64,000 nucleotides of DNA from a virus, in IMG/VR virus record IMGVR_UViG_3300016471_001099, positions 1 through 64,000 of that record; one strand, given 5' to 3'. Below the pieces are notes generated by a model. The model was not told the origin of the DNA and made no database searches. It saw nothing but the letters and a program-made list of their open reading frames with translations. Positions 57,619-64,000 of this stretch are shown one piece after another. The stretch's first letter is position 1. Every line of letters starts with the position of its first letter. The translations under genes and the position numbers were made by a program.

Positions 57619-59398
57619 GACCGGAGCACCAACCGTAAAAATCGGCGACGACGGCCAGGTGCTTCAATGCGCCAAGGGAGTCGAGCTATCGGCATGTGGT
57701 TACAAATCGGGTGACTCCGTGTGCGCCGCGTGCGGCGCAACGGCGGTAGAGGTGAAAATGTGGAACGAGGGCGATGGCATGGATCAGAACTGGCCCCCCA
57801 AAAAGAAACGCAAGAAGAAGCCAATGATGCAGGAGGGCATGGAGGAAGATTCCGATGAATACATGTCGGAAAAAGCAGCCCTCTACGGAGCTCCCCCAAC
57901 GAGAGCATACGGAGATTTCGTTGACGACGAAGAGCTAGGAATCGAACAAGAGGACGAGGAGATGGCGGACGAGGAGATGGCGGACGAGGAGATGGAAACC
58001 TTCGAGCCCCAAATGGAAGACCCGGACGAGGAGATGATGGACGAAGAGTTGCCGACCGCGATGGCAAGAGGTCGGGCTCCGATGATGAAAAGCGGGTACA
58101 TAGAAGACCCGGATGCCATGGATCTGACCCTCGACGAGGAGGACGAAGAAGACGGTCTAGAGGAAATGATGGACGAGCCCAACGAGGAGGAGATGGAAGA
58201 AGACTCCGAACAAATGGGTTACGGGATGTACGAAAAGTCCGACTACGAGGACCTACGACTCCAGACCCTCGGATTCAAACAGGGAGAAATGGGCGACAAT
58301 CCATTCGTCTGCGCCATAGAGCGAAAAGTGTATCCGGCCAATTCCCCGGTGTGCGAAAACTGCCCAGGCGGATGCGTCAAGGAAGGCGATATGCCGGCGC
58401 TACTACAGATAGAAGGCGTGGCGGAGGACATGTTCCGTGGAAAAGTTCTGGATTCCGGATACTCGGATAAGGCGGATATTTTCGTCGTTGACGTCGAGCG
58501 CAAGGACGGAAAACCGGTCGAAGCGTTCTTTGACGGAACCACCGGTGAGTGCATGGGATGGCACCTCCTGAACGACGAAGTTCTGAACGTTAAGTCGGGA
58601 TTCCAGCCGACTCAAATGATCGGTTTCTCCGAAGCGGCGCAGATAGCCACAAAGAGCATCAACGGCGACGTTGTTTCGGTCGAGGCCGACGTCTTCGAGG
58701 GGTTCGACAGTTACGCGGTTGAAATAGAGGGCGTCGACGGCAAGTCGTACGACGTTTTCGTCTCCCTGGACGGCGAAGTTCTCGGCTACGACACCTATAC
58801 GCAACAGGAGGCCTTCGCAATAGAGTCCGAGGCTGCCGAGATAGCGCTCAAGCGCGCGTACGGCGACGACGTCAGGAAGCAAATGGCTGAGCGCGGCGAC
58901 GCCATGGAGGACGGAGAGATGCCGATAGTCAACGATTCCGACCTGCGCAACGCGATCATGGCTTGGCCGCGTTCCAAGAAGCGAACTGAGGCAAAAAACC
59001 ACATCATGGCGAGAGCCAAAGCCCTCGGTCTAGAGAAGTCCCTGCCGGACGAATGGTTGCATGAAAAGAAACAAAACGAAGAAGCCAAGGGCGACGCGAA
59101 TTTCCTGTCGAGTTTGGCGGAGTTCGAGATTCTTTCCACCGAAGTTTCTTCGACCGAGCCGGACTACGACAACGACATCTACTTCAAGAAAATGTTCAGC
59201 GAGGAGCGTCGTAGCGAGTTGGCCAAGGGCGGAATGGCGCTTCCCGACGGCTCGTATCCGATAGAGAACGAATCCGATCTCAAAAACGCGATTCAGGCGT
59301 TCGGAAGAGCCAAGGACAAGGAAGCCGCCAAGGCGCACATAACGAAGCGCGCGAAGGCGCTAGGAAAAGAAGATCTGATTCCGGAAAACTGGAAGTAA
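57608..59398 (+). CDS. Head-locus protein: Cys motifs, acidic tract, two PepSY-like domains, duplicated C-terminal domain
   Basis: 596 aa. EAAQIA...GDVVSVE...YAVEI...YDVFVS.DGEVLG, and two copies of DG..PI.N.SDL.NAI.A...K...AK.HI..RAKALG....P..W. Confidence 0.8.
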   Translation: MEPETGAPTVKIGDDGQVLQCAKGVELSACGYKSGDSVCAACGATAVEVKMWNEGDGMDQNWPPKKKRKKKPMMQEGMEEDSDEYMSEKAALYGAPPTRAYGDFVDDEELGIEQEDEEMADEEMADEEMETFEPQMEDPDEEMMDEELPTAMARGRAPMMKSGYIEDPDAMDLTLDEEDEEDGLEEMMDEPNEEEMEEDSEQMGYGMYEKSDYEDLRLQTLGFKQGEMGDNPFVCAIERKVYPANSPVCENCPGGCVKEGDMPALLQIEGVAEDMFRGKVLDSGYSDKADIFVVDVERKDGKPVEAFFDGTTGECMGWHLLNDEVLNVKSGFQPTQMIGFSEAAQIATKSINGDVVSVEADVFEGFDSYAVEIEGVDGKSYDVFVSLDGEVLGYDTYTQQEAFAIESEAAEIALKRAYGDDVRKQMAERGDAMEDGEMPIVNDSDLRNAIMAWPRSKKRTEAKNHIMARAKALGLEKSLPDEWLHEKKQNEEAKGDANFLSSLAEFEILSTEVSSTEPDYDNDIYFKKMFSEERRSELAKGGMALPDGSYPIENESDLKNAIQAFGRAKDKEAAKAHITKRAKALGKEDLIPENWK

Positions 59399-59410
59399 GG
59401 AAGAATCGAG

Positions 59411-62400
59411 GTGACGCGCCTCGAACGACACCTCAGAAAAAGTCCGGGCCAAAAATCCCTAGGACCCAGGATCGGCGACGATGGTCGCGACATGAATCCG
59501 TTCACGGCGCGCGACGCCGACGCGGATCTCGTGGTGCTCGAGGACATACCGACGGTCAACCTCGGAAGAGGCGTGCCGGATCCGACTCCGGGCGGGGTGT
59601 CCGAGCCTTTTTTCTCGGCAACCGACAGAAATTTTGCCGTCGCCGCGATGTCCGGAGGCAAAAAAAATACCCAGCGGCTTGACCCCATCGACGCTGGCAA
59701 TCCAAACGGTTACTTCCCGATGCAATACGGGCCCATGTGGAAGAACACGAACTTTACGGCCCTGAACGTGGCGCCTCGGTCGAGGCGGAACGTGGCCCCG
59801 GCGTCAATAAACGGATATCTTCACGCCGAATGGACGGAGGGATACTGGGACGCCGTAAAGGACGAAACGGGCGTGTGGAACGTCCCGCCACCGCCGGAAA
59901 TGGAAGTGGAGAGGGCGATTTACGACGCACTAAAACGAGAGACCGTCGAGGTCGGAGGATACGGAGTTCCGTTCCCCAAATATCCCAAACCGGAAAATTA
60001 CGGCGAGTACGTCGGCGCGACGGGGAATAGGCGAAGATATCTCCGTCCGTCGCTTTCGTTTCCGATGAAAAAAACGACGGGGGAAAAAGTTTCGTGGAGG
60101 GACGGAGATCCGCTGTATCACGGAACTCCGACGGGTCTCCTACCCAAAATACTCAAAGAGGGTTTGGTGGGCGATTCGGATCGCTGGGTTTGGTTGGCCA
60201 CCACCCCTTCCGCATGGAACGACGAGTTCCCGATTTACGGGGATTTTCGCAAGGTAAACGCCAAGGGAATGTCGATGCTCAGGATTTCTCCGACCGACGA
60301 AATGAACGAGGCAATGGGAAAGATAGCAGGGTTGATGAACGACGGAGTCGAGCCAGGCCCCGGACTCGGCATGGTCGTGGTCGACGAAAACGGAGAATCT
60401 GTGTCGGCGAGGGATTTCGGAGCCGGCAAGGGGTACGCTTCGGCCAGCAATTCGGGCACGGCCATATTCAAATCCGTCGTCGTACCTCCCGAAAACATAG
60501 AGGTCCTAAATCAACGCGGTCAATGGATACCGATAGCCAAGGCGGATTTTTCCGACATAATTTTTGATTCTCCGAAAAACGAAGAAGTAGAAGCCGGCAT
60601 GTCGTTCGACAAGCGAAGCATCATGAGAATGGTGAACGACATAACCTCGAGAAAAAAAGACAAAGAAGAGCGCGAGGAACCGCGTAGGGAAACCCCTACA
60701 CAAGAACCGACCCAGATCGTCCTCGGCTTGCCGCGGCAACCGCCACAAATAGGTTATTCGGACTCGTACGGCGGCGACGACGTGATCAAACGCGAGCAGA
60801 GAATGCAGAGGATAGAGCACGAGGGGATGGCCGGGTCGGGAATGTGGAGGGAAATTCACTCCGATCACTACGACTGGTGGGCGTATCCGATAGACCGCGG
60901 TAGCGCCGCCTACGGAGAAACTTTCAACGTCGCTGGAGAACCTCTGGAAAGATTGCGCAACGATCCCGAATTTCTCAGCAGCTTGGCCAGGGAAATAGAG
61001 ATACAGGCCCTCGCTCTCGGGTGGTCTTTGCGAGAAGGAAAATTCCTGGACGAACTTGACTGGGAAAAAGGACAGGATTGGAGAAAGGCGTATCCGACCC
61101 GTTTTTGGAAAATGACCAGATCGGCCCAAATATTCGGACTAGAGGACGAATTCGAGTCCTTGTTGGTTCTTCAGCAATCCCTGGAGGACGCCGGAATAAA
61201 TTTCAATCACTCCACTTATTGGGCGAATCCCGGAACGGTTGACGACGTTCCACCGATAGACAGCGCTTATCAAAAGAGGACGGATACGGCGCGCTTCCCG
61301 GCAAGCGATTCGGCGTCGTGGACGGATCCGTTCTGGCAGCCTTCGCCGAGAAATGAAAGCGTCTCGCCTTCGGCGTCCCCAACCGAAACCGACGAAGAAA
61401 AGTTGATTTACGACGCGTACGACAACTTCCAGGAAAATTTTGTTTTCCCGACACTTTCCGACGCCGAAGAATTGGCCGATCTGTTGTCCGAGCCGGACGA
61501 CGTAATCGAGTTCGGTTACCCATACGAAAAAATACCCAAGGAAGACAGGCAGACGATCGCCGACGACATATATTTCGCAATATCGCTTCTCATGGACGGA
61601 GTGTTCCCCGACGAGGAAGAGACAGACAGAATCGAGTCGGCCGCGCAAATGCGAAAATACGCCGACGAAGCCGAGGGCCTGTATCCAGACGACGGCGACA
61701 TTTTGTACTCCCTCGCCGACGTGCTCGAGGACCCGGAATTACTGAACGACGAGGCAATCGTGTCCGAGGATACCGAAGCGGGAATGGCAAGGCGGATGAG
61801 GGCGCTCGACGAGGGAATAAGTTCGGACGACTTGTCCCTTGACGATCCGGAAATACAAAATCTCATAGAGTCGGAATCCGACGCGGCAACCGAGGATTTC
61901 CTGCTTGGCAGATCGCTTTCCAGGATCATATATCCTTCTTTGGATTTTCCGAACAAAATACCAAAAGGAACACCACGACCGGTTCGTCAATTTTCCTTGA
62001 ATCAGGAGATACCGGAAGAAATTTTGGCGGAATTCGCCCTTTTGTGGGGCGACGACGTGTCGTTCGTAGATATAACCGAGAGGATGAACCTTTCTCCCGA
62101 AGACGCAGTTTCGATTCAAACCGAACTTTTTAGATCAGGACGAATAGCCAGCAGAACGAGATCTCGGGAGTCGCGCGCCCCCGTTCGTTTGTCGCCGGAA
62201 AACGAAGACGCTTTCATTCAGTGGCACAGGGAGGGGGCGAGCAGGGAGTTGCTGGAATCAATTTTCGAATTAACCCCCCGTCAATATGCGAGCATTGTCG
62301 GGGACCTGAGAAACCGGAGGTTGATAGCGAGCCCAATTGCCAAACAGTACTTTTCCGATGACGACGTAAGACGATTCAACTCCATACGAGAAAGGGCGCT

Positions 62401-64000
62401 AAAGGAGGGCGGCCAACTGACCGGTCCGACGGCCACGATAAAACAAACGATAATGCGAGAAATGAATCTTGACGAAACTCAATATATTTTGCTGAAGAGA
62501 AAAGCGCAATATGCCAAACAAAATCCCGAAAGGGTCGCCGAGTCGATTGACAACTCGCTGTCGGAATCAGCCGATTCGCCCGAAACAACGTCGCCGTCGG
62601 CGAACAATTTCTTCAACGAAAGAGACATTAGGCGATTCGCCGAAATGTACAACGACGAAGAATTTTCGGGAACGATAAGACGATCCATGAATATGTCCGA
62701 GGGCGATTACCGCCGACTTTACATAGCCGCCAAGCGTCGCGGTCTAATAACCCCGAGACCGCTGAAAGGTACGTTGCGCGGGCCGACAAAAGCAACAATC
62801 GAAGATTTTGAACGTTTCGTTCAGCTTTATAACGACGGGAACAAGAGATCCGAAATAATGAATGAAATGGGAATTTCGGCGAGCAAATACGGAACTCTAT
62901 ACGCCTCGGCCAGAAAATCAGGCCGCGTAGAAAGTCCGCTGGTTACGAGAACCAACATAACGCAGGAGCAATTGGATGCGTTCGTTTCGGAATGGAACGC
63001 CGGCTCCTCGTTGCAGTACATTGTCAAGCAACAAAAATTGACCTTGGAAAAAGCTAAAAGTATTTTCAGGAAAGCCCGTTCAATGGGTTTGGTACGACCG
63101 AGGAAAAGGGGTCGCAAGAGGCAACCAAGATTCGGCACGGAAGAATTATTTACGCAAGCCGTGGATATGTTTTCTCGCTTGTACGCGGAGGGGCAATCGA
63201 GACTCGAAATAAGGAAACGAATGCGACTTTCCAAATCCCAGTACGCGGACGTCTACAAAGAGGCCAAGCGAAGGAATTTGATAACCCCCAGGCTCCCGGG
63301 GCGCCCCCGACGCAACAACATTGGTTCCGTCGCGCAACCGCAAGAAACGTCCGACGACACCGAAGCCGGCATGTCCTCGGCGTTGGTGAAACGAGCCACC
63401 GACGAAGACGCTCAAATCGATTTGCTGTATTCCGTTCCCGCCGTATCGGGGAGATTGAGAATGTTGGGAGTCGACGGATCTCCGATCGCCATCGGAAGAA
63501 ACAGCCTCATGAAACCTTATTTTTTGGCTCCGCACGTAGACGTAAACAAAATGGATCCATCCGATCCGGTCATGCAACTTTTGTCCCCGGCTTTGAAACG
63601 AGCCGGACTCGGTTCGTATCCCGTGGACGGGCACGTCGTTCCGAAAATACAGGGACCGGTAGTGAGGGATTTCGCGGACAGATTCGTCGGGCCGATGGCC
63701 GTGGCAAACGCCGTGTCCGGAACTTTCCCGTCCGCCGACGAAATGCTCACGATTTACGCCATCAACGCGCTGATCAGGGCGAGGGCGGAGTTCCTGTCCG
63801 ATTCGACGATGACTGCCGATCAGGTGAATACGGCGATATTGAACGGCGTACAAGTCGGTCGCAGGCTCGACGGCGGCGACGACATGGGTGGTTCGTTGTG
63901 GAAACCCGGTCGCGATTCGGCGAGAAGTTCCGATCTGACGACAAATACGAGACCCGACGGCGGCGACTACGAACCGCGATTCTCGGGGACCATAGATCCG
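59411..64000 (+). CDS. Second giant multi-module protein (>1500 aa, runs off the window end)
   Basis: Not in the track because it has no stop. Manual translation from the GTG at 59411 is open to the edge. Shares the leader motif and EAGM boundaries with 42017..55753. Confidence 0.85.
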   Translation, partial: MTRLERHLRKSPGQKSLGPRIGDDGRDMNPFTARDADADLVVLEDIPTVNLGRGVPDPTPGGVSEPFFSATDRNFAVAAMSGGKKNTQRLDPIDAGNPNGYFPMQYGPMWKNTNFTALNVAPRSRRNVAPASINGYLHAEWTEGYWDAVKDETGVWNVPPPPEMEVERAIYDALKRETVEVGGYGVPFPKYPKPENYGEYVGATGNRRRYLRPSLSFPMKKTTGEKVSWRDGDPLYHGTPTGLLPKILKEGLVGDSDRWVWLATTPSAWNDEFPIYGDFRKVNAKGMSMLRISPTDEMNEAMGKIAGLMNDGVEPGPGLGMVVVDENGESVSARDFGAGKGYASASNSGTAIFKSVVVPPENIEVLNQRGQWIPIAKADFSDIIFDSPKNEEVEAGMSFDKRSIMRMVNDITSRKKDKEEREEPRRETPTQEPTQIVLGLPRQPPQIGYSDSYGGDDVIKREQRMQRIEHEGMAGSGMWREIHSDHYDWWAYPIDRGSAAYGETFNVAGEPLERLRNDPEFLSSLAREIEIQALALGWSLREGKFLDELDWEKGQDWRKAYPTRFWKMTRSAQIFGLEDEFESLLVLQQSLEDAGINFNHSTYWANPGTVDDVPPIDSAYQKRTDTARFPASDSASWTDPFWQPSPRNESVSPSASPTETDEEKLIYDAYDNFQENFVFPTLSDAEELADLLSEPDDVIEFGYPYEKIPKEDRQTIADDIYFAISLLMDGVFPDEEETDRIESAAQMRKYADEAEGLYPDDGDILYSLADVLEDPELLNDEAIVSEDTEAGMARRMRALDEGISSDDLSLDDPEIQNLIESESDAATEDFLLGRSLSRIIYPSLDFPNKIPKGTPRPVRQFSLNQEIPEEILAEFALLWGDDVSFVDITERMNLSPEDAVSIQTELFRSGRIASRTRSRESRAPVRLSPENEDAFIQWHREGASRELLESIFELTPRQYASIVGDLRNRRLIASPIAKQYFSDDDVRRFNSIRERALKEGGQLTGPTATIKQTIMREMNLDETQYILLKRKAQYAKQNPERVAESIDNSLSESADSPETTSPSANNFFNERDIRRFAEMYNDEEFSGTIRRSMNMSEGDYRRLYIAAKRRGLITPRPLKGTLRGPTKATIEDFERFVQLYNDGNKRSEIMNEMGISASKYGTLYASARKSGRVESPLVTRTNITQEQLDAFVSEWNAGSSLQYIVKQQKLTLEKAKSIFRKARSMGLVRPRKRGRKRQPRFGTEELFTQAVDMFSRLYAEGQSRLEIRKRMRLSKSQYADVYKEAKRRNLITPRLPGRPRRNNIGSVAQPQETSDDTEAGMSSALVKRATDEDAQIDLLYSVPAVSGRLRMLGVDGSPIAIGRNSLMKPYFLAPHVDVNKMDPSDPVMQLLSPALKRAGLGSYPVDGHVVPKIQGPVVRDFADRFVGPMAVANAVSGTFPSADEMLTIYAINALIRARAEFLSDSTMTADQVNTAILNGVQVGRRLDGGDDMGGSLWKPGRDSARSSDLTTNTRPDGGDYEPRFSGTIDP

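Noticed and set aside
60064-60090. Possible frameshift at the A7/G5/A5 runs in the last ORF
   Set aside because: Careful reading keeps the frame open (MKKTTGEKVSW...LYHGT); no shift is needed.
1-64000. tRNA, rRNA, integrase and major capsid genes
   Set aside because: None recognised by eye. The capsid gene presumably lies beyond the window; tRNAscan would be needed to exclude tRNAs formally.

Overview
The whole window is part of a large tailed dsDNA phage with a contractile tail (sheath, tube, baseplate J and gp25-like genes). The r1t-type holin, TANNNT promoter-like boxes and gene content suggest an actinobacterial host; this is inference. Positions 1-39457 are a minus-strand block that runs, in transcription order: terminase large subunit; recombination and DNA-processing genes (Rad52/Sak-like annealase, Cas4/RecB-like exonuclease, HNH, RuvC, two ParB-like genes, IbrA-like PP-loop protein); neck and tail genes (including a -1 frameshifted tail chaperone and a tape measure with an M15-like peptidase tip); baseplate; holin; and about 14 kb of modular tail-fibre genes with a duplicated cassette. 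Positions 39524-64000 are a divergent plus-strand head block: portal-MuF fusion, a 4578-aa protein that starts with an HK97-type prohead protease, repeat-rich head-locus proteins, and a second giant ORF of more than 1500 aa that runs off the window. The major capsid gene is not in the window. The main observation is that both giant proteins are punctuated by a recurring acidic-(E/S/D)-A-G-M-(S/A/T) motif (13 exact copies). It falls between modules that resemble sigma70-r4 HTHs, a DEDDh exonuclease, WYL-like, Tpt1/ART-like and OGFr-like domains and a 7x HTH array. The two proteins also share a 32-aa leader motif. This looks like a capsid-packaged, protease-processed polyprotein system. All family assignments are by eye from motifs; no searches were run.
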